In this document: piece by piece, positions 22,822-33,065 of the stretch | Position numbering within the stretch: position 1 is the first letter of the stretch | Layout of the letters: every line of letters begins with the position of its first letter | Source of the DNA: an uncultured Gemmataceae bacterium | Lineage (GTDB): Bacteria; Planctomycetota; Planctomycetia; Gemmatales; Gemmataceae | NCBI GenBank assembly: GCA_963750165.1 | Contig: CAVVPN010000003.1 | Span: 2,848,001-2,912,000 of the forward strand | Reading direction: 5' to 3' | Length of the DNA: 64,000 nucleotides | Translations under genes and position numbers: made by a program | Notes under the pieces: generated by a model | The model's database searches: none | Told to the model about the DNA's origin: nothing | What the model saw: only the letters and a program-made list of their open reading frames with translations

Positions 22822-24058
22822 ATGGACAGCGCCATCGTGGAAGGCGTGCTGGCGGACATCGACGGTGTGCGGCACGGCCAGGTGGTCATCGAGCGCGGTG
22901 TTATCACCGCGGTGGGGCCGGACCTGGGCGCGGCGACGCACCGCTTCGGCGACGATTGCCTGATCTTCGCCGGCATGGGCGACGTCCACATCCACGCCCG
23001 GCAGGACGTGACCGGCCGCGAGAATTACAAGGAGACGTTCGCGACCGCGGCGGCAGCGGCGCTGCACGGCGGCGTGCTGCACGTCGCCGACATGCCGAAC
23101 AACCCCGCGGCCCCGGTGGACGACGCCACCTACGCCGCCAAGGAGGCGCTGCTGACGGCGGCGGCGCTGCCGGTGACGTTCACGCTCTACGGCGGCATTG
23201 GCCCCGGCACGCGGCCGCTGCGGCGTGAGGTGCCGTACAAGGCGTACATGGGCCCGAGCGTCGGCGAGTTGTATTTCCGCTCGCTGGAGCAGCTCGACGA
23301 AACGCTGGCCCACTACCGCGGCCGGGCGGTCAGCTTCCACTGCGAGGATCCGATTTTACTGGAGCAGCACCGAGGCGCGGCGACGCACGAGGCGCGGCGG
23401 CCGCCAGCGTGTGAGATCAGTGCGACGCGCTTCGCCCTGGCAATGATCGAGAAGTACGGCCTGCGCGGCAAACTTTGTCACTACTCCGTGGCGGAGGGGC
23501 TGCCGCTGATCCGGGCCGCGAAGACGCAGGGCCTGGCGGTAACGGCAGAGGTGACGCCGCACCACGTCTTTTTCGACACCGCGATGTTGACGGACGCGAA
23601 CCGGCCGTGGATGCAAATGAACCCGCCGCTGCGCAGCCCGGCGGACCGCGCCGCCATGCTGGACGCGCTGCGGGACGGGCCGGCGGATTTTCTGGCGACG
23701 GACCACGCGCCGCACACGATCGCGGAGAAGGAGGCGCGGCGTTTCGGGGCAGCCGCACCTGGACACGTATGGGCCGTTCGTGACGTGGCTGCTGGTGGAA
23801 GAAGGGTTTCGACCGGAGCGCGTCGCGGAGCTGTGCTCGGCCAACCCGGGGGCGTTCGTCAACCCGTATCAGCATGAAAAGTATGGGCGGCTACTGCCGG
23901 GCTATGTGGGATCGCTGACGGTGCTGAACCTGCGCCGGCCGACGACGGTGCGGCGCGAGGATCTGCGGACGCGCTGCGGGTGGAGTCCGTTCGAGGGCGT
24001 GACGTTTCCGGGGGGCGTGGCGGCGGTGTTCGTGCGCGGGGAACTGACGGCTTCATAG
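22822..24058 (+). CDS. pyrC: dihydroorotase-family amidohydrolase, frameshift near 23735
   Basis: DVHIH; DMPNN; FHCED; EVTPHH; MNPPLR; TDHAPH; CGWSPFEG. Confidence 0.75.
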
Positions 24059-24121
24059 GCCGATGGCTTGCGGACGGACGCGGTTTGCCCTAAAATACGA
24101 ATAATCAGAGGCTTGAGTGAA

Positions 24122-24952
24122 ATGCTGAACTTCCTTTTCTGGAATATGAAGGGCAGCAATATTGCTCTCCTCACCAGTCTGGTGAGGCAGCACAATGTGG
24201 ATGTGCTCGCCTTGGCGGAATGCCCAGTAACATCCGGCAATGTACTAATCGCACTGAATCAGCCAACGTCAGATTACTATTTTGCCCCAAGCGATTGTGA
24301 TAAACTTCAGCTGTACACTCGGTTTTCCGATCAGTTTGTGCTGCCTATTCAACAAGGAGGCAACAGCATCCGGGGTGATGACTTCAGTATTAGGCGGCTG
24401 GCCCTCCCTGGTCGGGATGAAGTGCTACTGTGTGCAGTACACTTTCCATCAAAACTGCGGCAGCAACCTGTGGATCAGACAATCTTCACGACCCATTTCG
24501 CCCGAATCTTGGCGGAAGCGGAGGCTGCTGTCGCACACTCCAGGACGGTGTTGGTTGGTGACCTGAACATGAACCCTTATGAAGACGGGGTGGTGGTCAC
24601 CGCCGGTCTTCATGCAGTGATGACTCGACGCCTGGCGATGCGCGAGACGCGGCGCGTCAAATTTGAGAGTAATCTGTTCTTTTATAACCCCATGTGGTCT
24701 CATTTTGGTGAGAAGAAGCAAGGGCACGCCGGCACCTATTACTACTCGACCCCAAAGACCAGGGCCGATTTCTGGAACGTTTACGACCAGGTACTGGTTC
24801 GGCCGGCTCTACTGCCTTTTTTTCGAGATGAAGATGTTACGATCCTTTGGCAAGACCTGGCAGCAAATAAAACACTATTAAAAGTGGATGGCAGCCCGAA
24901 CGAGAAGGACTTTTCGGACCACCTTCCCATTCTATTCCGGCTGCACATTTGA
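24122..24952 (+). CDS. endonuclease/exonuclease/phosphatase (EEP) family protein
   Basis: FWNM; LALAE; VHFPSK; VGDLNMNP; YDQVL; SDHLPI; visibly lower GC than the flanks. Confidence 0.85.
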   Translation: MLNFLFWNMKGSNIALLTSLVRQHNVDVLALAECPVTSGNVLIALNQPTSDYYFAPSDCDKLQLYTRFSDQFVLPIQQGGNSIRGDDFSIRRLALPGRDEVLLCAVHFPSKLRQQPVDQTIFTTHFARILAEAEAAVAHSRTVLVGDLNMNPYEDGVVVTAGLHAVMTRRLAMRETRRVKFESNLFFYNPMWSHFGEKKQGHAGTYYYSTPKTRADFWNVYDQVLVRPALLPFFRDEDVTILWQDLAANKTLLKVDGSPNEKDFSDHLPILFRLHI

Positions 24953-24964
24953 AGGAGGTGCCTG

Positions 24965-25354
24965 ATGTCAGACAAGGTGTCGGAAAATTTGTGGCCGACA
25001 GATTTCGGGGTGATCGCGGAGCGGACCCCCGTAGCGATCCTGCGCGAGCAGGCTCAGGCATTGGGGGAAAGGACGTCAAATATTGTCGTGGGGAGAGTTC
25101 AAACCACGGGTGACGGCTCCACTCGGATTTATCATCAGCTTAACTTGTACTGCGGCCCGTTGGGCTTCCAGATGCCTTTTTTGGCGGTCGATCACGACAT
25201 CAATCTGTACCCCGCCCGGATTATCGTTGCCGGTGAAGGCGGAATAATTCCCGTGGGAAATGAGGCCGAACTCACCGAACATCTGAAGGAGATTTTTTCA
25301 CGCGAAAAATCGAAGAAGGTGATTGCCAGTCTCATTGCCCAGAGCAAGCAGTAG
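24965..25354 (+). CDS. hypothetical protein coupled to the EEP gene
   Basis: AAGGAGGT RBS right after the EEP stop; same lower-GC composition. Confidence 0.8.
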   Translation: MSDKVSENLWPTDFGVIAERTPVAILREQAQALGERTSNIVVGRVQTTGDGSTRIYHQLNLYCGPLGFQMPFLAVDHDINLYPARIIVAGEGGIIPVGNEAELTEHLKEIFSREKSKKVIASLIAQSKQ

Positions 25355-25375
25355 TTCCCGTTTCGGGACCACACT

Positions 25376-25960
25376 TCAGGGCGCCGGCTCTGGCACCGGC
25401 AGCAGCGGCAGCAGTGCCGCCAGGTCCGCGTGCGTCAGCGGCGGCAGCGGCTGGAAGCCCTGCCGCGCTACCCGCGGCGACCGCACCACCGCCTCCTTCT
25501 CGATCAGGTAAAAGCGGTTGTAGCCGTCGCGCATTTCATTGACGGCGGTCAGATCGACCGTAAACAGGAACGCCCGCCAACGGTCGTTGAAACGCTCCAG
25601 GCTCTCGCGCAGTTCCGTCAGCGCCCGCCGCAGCGCCCGCTTCGAGGCCGTCGCCTCCACAAATACGCGCAGCCGCGGCTCCAGCTCCGCGTGCAAGCGG
25701 CACAACTGTTCCAGGTGCTCCGCCGTGGCCAGCAGCGGCCGCAGCGCTGCCGCGTCACCGGCCAGCGCGAACAGCCGGCCCACGTTCAGGCGCACCATCG
25801 GCAGCCACTCGTCGCGCTGCTGCCGGCAGCGGTGCAGCAACCGCTCCAGCGCCTCCTCCACCTCCCGCGCCCGCCGCGCGAACGCCGGCCCGCCCGCCAG
25901 CGACATCACCTCGCGGGCCAGGTTCTGATCCTGCCGGCCGACAATCGGTGTCTCGTCCAC
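25376..25960 (-). CDS. hypothetical protein
   Basis: GTG 25960 with GGAG RBS; coding-like C-terminal part of the ORF (FNDRW...YNRFYLIEKE). Confidence 0.7.
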   Translation of the reverse strand: MDETPIVGRQDQNLAREVMSLAGGPAFARRAREVEEALERLLHRCRQQRDEWLPMVRLNVGRLFALAGDAAALRPLLATAEHLEQLCRLHAELEPRLRVFVEATASKRALRRALTELRESLERFNDRWRAFLFTVDLTAVNEMRDGYNRFYLIEKEAVVRSPRVARQGFQPLPPLTHADLAALLPLLPVPEPAP

Positions 25961-25989
25961 GTCTCCACCCCTGCGTGTCTCGGCAACGC

Positions 25990-26808
25990 CTACCCCATTG
26001 TACCATCCACCTTTTCCAGATGCCCGAGCGGGACGTAGTACTTCGCGTAACGCTCGCCGTCGGTGTAACGCAGGCCCTGCGGATGCGGCACCAGCACGGT
26101 CGCCCGCCGCGTGATGCGGTTCAGGATGCCCGTCAGCCGCGCACCCTCGTACTGGAACGCGACGCGGTCGCCCAGCTTCAGCGAAAACTGCACCTCCGCC
26201 TGCTCGTGCGCCGTCACCAGGTCGTGCGTCACGTCCGTGTGCGCGAACAGTCGCGCCGCCAGCCCCTTGAAGTTCGCCCGCTTGCAGCTCGACTCGTCCC
26301 AGACCAGCATCTCGATCAGATGCAGCAGTTCGTGCTCCATGATGCGCTGCAGCGCCTGCAACCGGTCGGCGCAGACCTGGCCGTTGATGCGCACCTCGCG
26401 GCGCTCGTCGGTGAAGGTCTGGAACAGCAGCGTCGTCGAGATGGCGATCTCGTAGCGGGCCTGCCAGTCTCCCGGCCCGTTCTGACCGGGGCGGCGCTTC
26501 CAGCGGTACGTCTTGCCGCCGGCTCGCGTCATGCGCGGCGCCAGCCGGAAGTTGAGCGGGCTTTGTTGCTCCGCCAGCGCCTGGCGGACGCGGCCCTGAA
26601 AGAAGCGCTCGTCGTACAGGTCGAAAAGCCGCGCCAGATCGGTCGTCGCGATCGTCGAAAAGTTGCCCGACTTGAGGTGCAGCGACTCCGTCAGCACGCT
26701 CTGGTAGATCGCCGCGGTGTGCGCGCGGACCTGCTCGGTGCTCAGGTGCGTCGTGGTGACCAGCGCCTTCAGGGCCGCGCTGGGGCCATCGTTGGATACC
26801 GGCATCAT
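25990..26808 (-). CDS. SprT-like zinc metalloprotease
   Basis: RMTRAGGKT; MEHELLH (HExxH). Confidence 0.75.
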   Translation of the reverse strand: MMPVSNDGPSAALKALVTTTHLSTEQVRAHTAAIYQSVLTESLHLKSGNFSTIATTDLARLFDLYDERFFQGRVRQALAEQQSPLNFRLAPRMTRAGGKTYRWKRRPGQNGPGDWQARYEIAISTTLLFQTFTDERREVRINGQVCADRLQALQRIMEHELLHLIEMLVWDESSCKRANFKGLAARLFAHTDVTHDLVTAHEQAEVQFSLKLGDRVAFQYEGARLTGILNRITRRATVLVPHPQGLRYTDGERYAKYYVPLGHLEKVDGTMG

Positions 26809-27063
26809 GAATCGACAATCCTGCAACAGGGGAAGTTGAGCAAGCAGCCTCAAAATGGTAGGGGCCAGGGGTCGGTCCTGTCAATACGGCGGCAGCGCTT
26901 GCCCGAACGGCAAAATCCATGCAGCCGGCAAGTTGCGCTTCAGCGCTTACGTCCCTGCAACCGATCATCTTTTCGAGCGGTGCCGCGCTGCCTCGGAGCA
27001 GTTGCCGAAGGCGGCGCGGGGGCATCCTGGAAAGTTGTGGACGTTCGAGCAAGGAGGGGCGCC

Positions 27064-28038
27064 GTGAGTGCCAGGCAACAAGGACCGTTTCGGGAGCGCT
27101 GGCGGGCCGCGGTCGCGTGGGCGTTGACGGCCGTCGTGTGCGGCTGGGGTGCCGTGCCTTCCGCCCCAGCTCAGCCTCCCACGCTGGACGACGGCGGCGC
27201 TCAGGTGGAAACCTACCACGGGTTGCACCGCGTCGCGCCGCCACAGGAGCACGCGGCCCCGCCGCCCGCCCCGCTGCCGCAGGTGCCGGCCGTGGTCCTG
27301 CCGCCGACGACTAACGTCTGGACCAACGCTTCCGCCGTGGGGGAGTTGCTGCCGCCACTGGTCGGCAAGCGTCCCGAGGTCGATCCCGGCCTGCGCCCGG
27401 CCATGCACCGCCCGCCCGTGGAGGTGCCGCCGGTGCCGCCGCCCCCGCCGCTTTTGCAGCCTGCCCCGGTCGCCCAGGAGCCGGCCGCCGCGCCAGCCGA
27501 CCCGAAACCCAGCCCGCCGCCGCAGGAACGGCCGGCGCCGACCACCCTGGTGTTCAACAGCGCTGCCCCGGCCGAGCCGCCCCCTCCGGCGCGGCCGACG
27601 CCGGACTCCGCGGCCGTCGGGGCGTTGCACGACCTCACGCTGCTGCACGCGATCATCGCCGTGGCGGCGTTCGTCGTCGGACCGCTGGTGTCCGTGCTGG
27701 CGGTGCTGTTCCTGCTGCGCCGCTACACGGGACGCAACGGGCCGCTGGTTCGGGTGGAGTTCGTCAACGGCCAGGGGCTGACTCTGGTGTCGCAGGCCGC
27801 CGGCGCCGTGGAATCCCACCGCGTACCGGTGCCCGCGCCTGCCGAACCGGCCCCGGTGCCCGATGAGTTAGCCGGCACCGCCCAGCGCTTCGACATCGGC
27901 CCGACGTTCGCGGAGGAGCACCAGCAGCGCGAGCAGTCTCAGCGGCAACAGCAGGAGGCGACGCTGCGGCACATCTTCGAGGAGAATCTCAAGCTCCGCG
28001 GCCAGATCGCCGAACTGCCGGGCGAGGTGGAGACGTAG
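27064..28038 (+). CDS. proline-rich membrane protein
   Basis: AGGAGG RBS before GTG; hydrophobic N-terminal segment; Pro-rich linker; TM helix; Gln-rich coiled-coil C-terminus. Confidence 0.65.
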   Translation: MSARQQGPFRERWRAAVAWALTAVVCGWGAVPSAPAQPPTLDDGGAQVETYHGLHRVAPPQEHAAPPPAPLPQVPAVVLPPTTNVWTNASAVGELLPPLVGKRPEVDPGLRPAMHRPPVEVPPVPPPPPLLQPAPVAQEPAAAPADPKPSPPPQERPAPTTLVFNSAAPAEPPPPARPTPDSAAVGALHDLTLLHAIIAVAAFVVGPLVSVLAVLFLLRRYTGRNGPLVRVEFVNGQGLTLVSQAAGAVESHRVPVPAPAEPAPVPDELAGTAQRFDIGPTFAEEHQQREQSQRQQQEATLRHIFEENLKLRGQIAELPGEVET

Positions 28039-28202
28039 GCGGGACGCTGGCACACCGGGGCACCGGGAGGCGCGGGTTGACAGAGCAAGGGGGCCAAGGG
28101 GGCCAAGGGGGCCAGCTTTTTCACACGTCGAGAATCGGCGTTCTTGAAGACAGCGCCGAACCAAATAGCGATCCATTTCTTGAGCAGGAAAGGGAAACAG
28201 GC

Positions 28203-29279
28203 ATGGACAGGGGCGTCGTCTACATCGGCATGGACCTGGGTACGTTCAAGACCTCGGTGGCCTCGTCGGCGGGCGTGCGCGACGTGATTTACAGCGCCGT
28301 CGGCCGGCCGAAGGACCACGTCGCCCGCACCATGCTCGGCCGCGATGTGGTGTTCGGCAACGACATCATCGAGCAGCGGTTGGCCCTGAACGTCATCCGG
28401 CCGTTCGAGAAGGGGGTTCTCAAGTACAACTCGAACAAGGCCGCCGGCCTGGCACAGGAGCAGAACCACGACCGCCGGGAAGCGGCCCGGTTGCTGGTCG
28501 AGCACGCGGTAGCGCTGACGCGGCCGCCCAAGGGCGCGGCGATCTACGGCGTCATCGGCGCCCCGTCACGGGCCAGCGTTGGTAATAAAAAGGTCATCCT
28601 GGAGGCGGCCCAGTCCGCCTTCGACGCGGTGATGATTGTCTCGGAGCCGTTCACCATCGCCTACGGCATGAACCGCCTGACCGATACGCTGGTCATCGAC
28701 ATCGGCGCCGGCACCACGGACCTGTGCCCGATCTGCGGCACCTTCCCGACCGAGGAGGAGCAGGTGACGGTGCCGCTCGGCGGCGACTTCATCGACGAGC
28801 ACTTCCAGAAGCTGATGCGCAAGGTGTACCCCGAGGCGCAGCTGTCGATGAACATGGTGCGCGAGATCAAGGAGAAGTACGGCTTCGTTCACGACCTGAA
28901 CGAGAAGGTGATCGTCAACCTGCCGGTCCAGGGCAAGCCGAAGGCGTTCGACGTGACCGGGCCGCTGAAGGAGGCGTGCAAGTCGATCGTGGCGCCGATC
29001 CTGCAAGGGCTGCGCGATCTGATTGGCCGCTTCGACCCGGAGTTTCAGCAGCGGATGCTGAACAACATCGTGCTGGGCGGCGGCGGCAGCCAGCTCAAGG
29101 GCCTGGACCGCGTGATCGAGGACGCGCTGAAGGAGTACGGCGGCGGCAAGGTGCGGCGCGTCAGCGACGCGGTCTTCGCCGGGGCCGTTGGGGCGCTGAA
29201 GCTGGCGATGGGCATGCCGCTGGATTGCTGGGACGGGTTGCTGTCGGCCAGGCACGCGGAGGTGGTGGAGGCGGCGTGA
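28203..29279 (+). CDS. MamK-like bacterial actin (MreB/MamK superfamily ATPase)
   Basis: IGMDLGT; VGRPKD; VIGAPSRAS; VSEPF; DIGAGTTD; IKEKY; NIVLGGGGS; GALKLA...P...W; colinear with MamK as I recall it. Confidence 0.85.
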   Translation: MDRGVVYIGMDLGTFKTSVASSAGVRDVIYSAVGRPKDHVARTMLGRDVVFGNDIIEQRLALNVIRPFEKGVLKYNSNKAAGLAQEQNHDRREAARLLVEHAVALTRPPKGAAIYGVIGAPSRASVGNKKVILEAAQSAFDAVMIVSEPFTIAYGMNRLTDTLVIDIGAGTTDLCPICGTFPTEEEQVTVPLGGDFIDEHFQKLMRKVYPEAQLSMNMVREIKEKYGFVHDLNEKVIVNLPVQGKPKAFDVTGPLKEACKSIVAPILQGLRDLIGRFDPEFQQRMLNNIVLGGGGSQLKGLDRVIEDALKEYGGGKVRRVSDAVFAGAVGALKLAMGMPLDCWDGLLSARHAEVVEAA

Positions 29280-29399
29280 CTTGCTTGGTTCGTCGTTCCG
29301 CCTTCTGGTTCCTGGACGGAGCCCGAGCGCCAGCGCGGGGCAGCGCTGCCCCGCGCTGGCGCTCGGGCTCCGTCCCAATACGCCAACGACCGGCTCCGC

Positions 29400-32300
29400 T
29401 CAACGGCCCCTCTCCACCACATGCAGCAGCACATGAAAGTCCGGCCGCGTCCGCACCGGCGCCAGGGCCGAGTGGTTGCGCAGCACGTCCGCATCGCGGT
29501 AGCCCTGGGTGACTGCCTCGCGCAGCAGTGCCATCGCCTGATCCGCATAGGCACGCCGCTGCGCCTGTTCCTCCTGCGACAACTCCATCTTGCCAGTGCC
29601 CACCATTGGCACCAGCCGCGCTACGTCGATACCCATGCTGACCAGATCCTTGGGGTTGTCCCCCACGTACTCCCGCCGCTTACACGTCGCCGCCAGCGAC
29701 TCGGCCAGGCGGCCGTCCAGGCGCAGGGCCGCCGCCAGGGCGGTGTAGTAAACGTTGAGGGCGTTGCGGTAGCGCGGCACCGTCGGCGCCGCCGCCAGGT
29801 TGCGCTCCTGCAGGCGGATCGCCCGGCGGATCACCTCCGCACCGGCGACCGGCTGCCCCGCCTGGGCCAGGGTGATGCCGAGGTTGTTCAGGAACATGGA
29901 CAGGTCGGCACGCATCACGAGGTTGTCCGGCTGCACCGCCACGACGATTTCCTGATGATACCGGGCCAGTTCGTAGCAGCGCAGCGCCTGCGCGGGCCGC
30001 GGATTGCCGTAGAACTTCGTGCCCAGCGTGTGGTAGTTCTGCGCCAGCCCGTTGCGCAGCCGCCAGTCGTCGGGACGCTCCTGCACCAGCTGCTGCCGCA
30101 GCGCCGTCGCGTGGTTCATGCTCCGCAGGGCGTTTTCGGGATCGTTCGCCGCCAGCTGGGCCTCGGCCAGGTGTCGCCAGCTGCTGGCGACCTCGCGACG
30201 CAGGGCCAGGTCGTTGCCGTGAGCCTCGGCGAGTTGCTCGAAAAAGGCCACCGCCTCCCAGGCGCGACACAGCGACTCATCGACCCGGTTCAACCGTCGC
30301 AGCATCGTGACCAGTTCGGCGTAGTGGGTGTGCAGGTGCGTGCAGTGACCGGCCGTGTGCGGTGACCGCTCCACGGCGATGCGTTCGTGGGCCACCGCCT
30401 CGGCGAACGCGGACAGCCCCTCGACGGGGCGCTTCAGTTCCGTCAGCACCCAGCCCAGCTCCTGCAACGTGCCGGCGTGGGCGTCGCGCACGTCCAGGTT
30501 TTCCGGGTTAACCTGCAACAGCCCCACGCGCAGGTCACGCGACCGCCGTAGCGGCTCCAGCGACTTCGTCCGCTGGTTCTGGGCCACGTGTACCTTGGCG
30601 AGGTAGAAGCAGGTACGGGCCAGCTCCTCGTGATACTCCGCCACCTGGCTGTGCTTCTTGACCAGCGCCTCCTGCAGGCCGCGCGCCTCCAGGTAGAGCG
30701 GCAGCGCCTGAGCGTGGCGGCGCTGCTGACGCTCGGCGTGGCCCAGCGACCGCAGACAGGCCGCCAGGAAACTGCGGTAGTCGGCCACACTCGGGCTCTC
30801 CTTCGCACATTTCCGCCAGTGTTGCTCGGCCGCCCGCAGTGCCTGGATGCCCTCGGCATAGCGGCCCATCGTCACCAGCCGGTCGCCGACGCGCCGCTGG
30901 TTCAGGGCCAGGTCGTATTGCAGCCGCAGGTTTTTGGGCTGCGCCTTGACCAGCTCCAGCTGGATGGACCGGGCCAGTTCGTAGCACTCCAGCGCCTTGT
31001 GGCTGTCGCCGCGGGCGGCGTGCAGCACGCCCAGGTTGATGTGACAGACGGCCAGGTCGGCACGCAGGTGGACGGCCTTCGGATCCTTCGCGAGTAGTTC
31101 GCGGAGCAACTGGTGCGTCGTCTCGAACGTCGTGGTCGAGTCGTCCAGGTCTCCCAGCGTGCGCTGGATGCCGCCCTTGTTGGTGTGGGCGATGGCCAGC
31201 GACTTTTTGGCCCAGGCGCCCCGTTCCGGGTGGTTGCGCAACGGCATCAGCAGGGCACAAGCACGGTCATAATCCTTCAGGGCCGCGCGGGCCTGGTTGA
31301 GCGATTGCTTGACCTGACCGCCGTTGATGTAGGCGTCCGCCAGCTGGGCCTGCAGTTTGGCGTTGTCAGGCTGGGCGTCCAGCAGTTGCTGGAATAACTG
31401 CTGCGACTGCTGGTAAGCGGCCAACGCCTTCTCCTGGGGGCCGATCCGGTTCGTGATGGCCCCGACGCGGAAATAGGTCAGGGCCAACTCCTCGCGCAAC
31501 TGCGGGTCGTCGCCGCGCTGCTTCAGGAACTTCTCGTAATAGCGCAGGGCTGACTCCAGCAGTTCCTTGCGCAGCGGCTCCAGCCCGGGCACGTCGCGCA
31601 ACCCCCCCTCGCTCAGGCGGCGGACCATGTCGTTGATGACGGCGCGCGCCTGCCGGTAACTGGTCTCCTCCTTCTTGTGGGCCGCCCCTTCATTCTGCCG
31701 GGCCACCTCCTCCTTCTTGCGAGCCTCCTCTTTCTCCATCACGAGACGTTCGACGCGGGTGCGCTGCTCGTCGGCCCGGTGGTAGTTGGCCTCGGCCGTC
31801 TCGGCGTGCGCCTCGGCGACCTGCCACTGCCACGTCGCCAGGCCGCCGCCAGCCAGCAGTGACAGCAGCAGCGCCGCCGCCAGGGCGGCGACGATCGGCT
31901 TGCGACGGCACCAGCGCCAGAAGCGCTCCGGCGTCCGCACCGGCCGGGCCAGGATCGGCTCGACGTTCAGGTAGCGCTCCAGGTCGTCCGCCAGCGCCGC
32001 GGCGCTGGCGTAGCGCCGCGCCGGATCCTTTTCCAAACATTTCAGCGCGATGATCTCCAGGTCCGCCGGCACCCGCGGGTTGAGCGCGCGCGGCGGCGGT
32101 GGCTCGGTGTCGAGCGCGGCACGCAGCGTCAGCAGCGGCGTCGCCTCTTTGAACGGCGGCCGGCCGGTGAGCAGCTCGTACAGGATGGCGCCGAGACTGT
32201 AAACATCGGCGGCGACGGTCAAATCCTTGTGCGGCCCGGCGGCCTGCTCGGGGGCCATGTAGCTGGGGGTGCCGACGGCGATGCCGGTTTCGGTCGGGTT

Positions 32301-33062
32301 CGGGCTGGCGCGGTTGACCCACTTGGCCAGGCCGAAGTCGGTGACGTGCGGCCGGCCGTGCTCGTCGAGCAGGATGTTGGCCGGCTTGAGATCGCGGTGC
32401 AGCAGACCACGGCGGTGAGCATAATCGACGGCCCGGGCAACCGTGGCCAGCAGCCGCGCCGCCGCCTCGGGGTCGTCGCGCAGCCGCTGGATGTGCCGCG
32501 TCAGGCTCGACCCGTCGATCAACTTCATCGCGAAGTAGTGGCGGTTCTGGTCCTCGCCGATGTCGTAAATGGGGACGATGTGCGGGTGATCGAGGCCGGC
32601 GACGGTCTCGGCCTCGAAGCGGAAACGCTGCACCGCGTCGGGCGTGGCCAGGTCGCCGGCCAGGATCATCTTGAGCGCCACCTGCCGCTGCAACCGCCGC
32701 TGCCGGGCCTTGAAGACGACGCCCATGCCGCCGCGGGCGATCTCTTCCAGAATCTCGTACTCGCCCAGGCTGGCCGGCGTGAGGGGGCCGTTCAGACGGG
32801 TGCCGTCGCGCGGCGTGGCGGAGCCGTGCCCAACGGTGAGGCTTTTCGACGACAACACCGCCTCGCGCAGCGGTGCCATCAGGGAGCCGAACCGATCCTC
32901 GTCGGCGAAGAACTCGCGGAGGTCGTCGGCCAGCTCGGGGTGGCGGTCCAGCCAGCGTTGCGCGTCCTGCCGCCCCTCGTTCTCAACCGCGTCGAGGTAG
33001 GCGGCGACGACATCATCAAGGAGTTGTTCGCGGTCTTGCAGGTGCTGTGGCTCGGCGGCCAT
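29400..33062 (-). CDS. membrane Ser/Thr protein kinase with TPR repeats
   Basis: [42 protein letters not shown] helix; many TPRs. Confidence 0.93.
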   Translation of the reverse strand: MAAEPQHLQDREQLLDDVVAAYLDAVENEGRQDAQRWLDRHPELADDLREFFADEDRFGSLMAPLREAVLSSKSLTVGHGSATPRDGTRLNGPLTPASLGEYEILEEIARGGMGVVFKARQRRLQRQVALKMILAGDLATPDAVQRFRFEAETVAGLDHPHIVPIYDIGEDQNRHYFAMKLIDGSSLTRHIQRLRDDPEAAARLLATVARAVDYAHRRGLLHRDLKPANILLDEHGRPHVTDFGLAKWVNRASPNPTETGIAVGTPSYMAPEQAAGPHKDLTVAADVYSLGAILYELLTGRPPFKEATPLLTLRAALDTEPPPPRALNPRVPADLEIIALKCLEKDPARRYASAAALADDLERYLNVEPILARPVRTPERFWRWCRRKPIVAALAAALLLSLLAGGGLATWQWQVAEAHAETAEANYHRADEQRTRVERLVMEKEEARKKEEVARQNEGAAHKKEETSYRQARAVINDMVRRLSEGGLRDVPGLEPLRKELLESALRYYEKFLKQRGDDPQLREELALTYFRVGAITNRIGPQEKALAAYQQSQQLFQQLLDAQPDNAKLQAQLADAYINGGQVKQSLNQARAALKDYDRACALLMPLRNHPERGAWAKKSLAIAHTNKGGIQRTLGDLDDSTTTFETTHQLLRELLAKDPKAVHLRADLAVCHINLGVLHAARGDSHKALECYELARSIQLELVKAQPKNLRLQYDLALNQRRVGDRLVTMGRYAEGIQALRAAEQHWRKCAKESPSVADYRSFLAACLRSLGHAERQQRRHAQALPLYLEARGLQEALVKKHSQVAEYHEELARTCFYLAKVHVAQNQRTKSLEPLRRSRDLRVGLLQVNPENLDVRDAHAGTLQELGWVLTELKRPVEGLSAFAEAVAHERIAVERSPHTAGHCTHLHTHYAELVTMLRRLNRVDESLCRAWEAVAFFEQLAEAHGNDLALRREVASSWRHLAEAQLAANDPENALRSMNHATALRQQLVQERPDDWRLRNGLAQNYHTLGTKFYGNPRPAQALRCYELARYHQEIVVAVQPDNLVMRADLSMFLNNLGITLAQAGQPVAGAEVIRRAIRLQERNLAAAPTVPRYRNALNVYYTALAAALRLDGRLAESLAATCKRREYVGDNPKDLVSMGIDVARLVPMVGTGKMELSQEEQAQRRAYADQAMALLREAVTQGYRDADVLRNHSALAPVRTRPDFHVLLHVVERGR

Positions 33063-33065
33063 GCG

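Noticed and set aside
28203..29279. Magnetosome island
   Set aside because: No other mam or mms gene is recognisable in the window.
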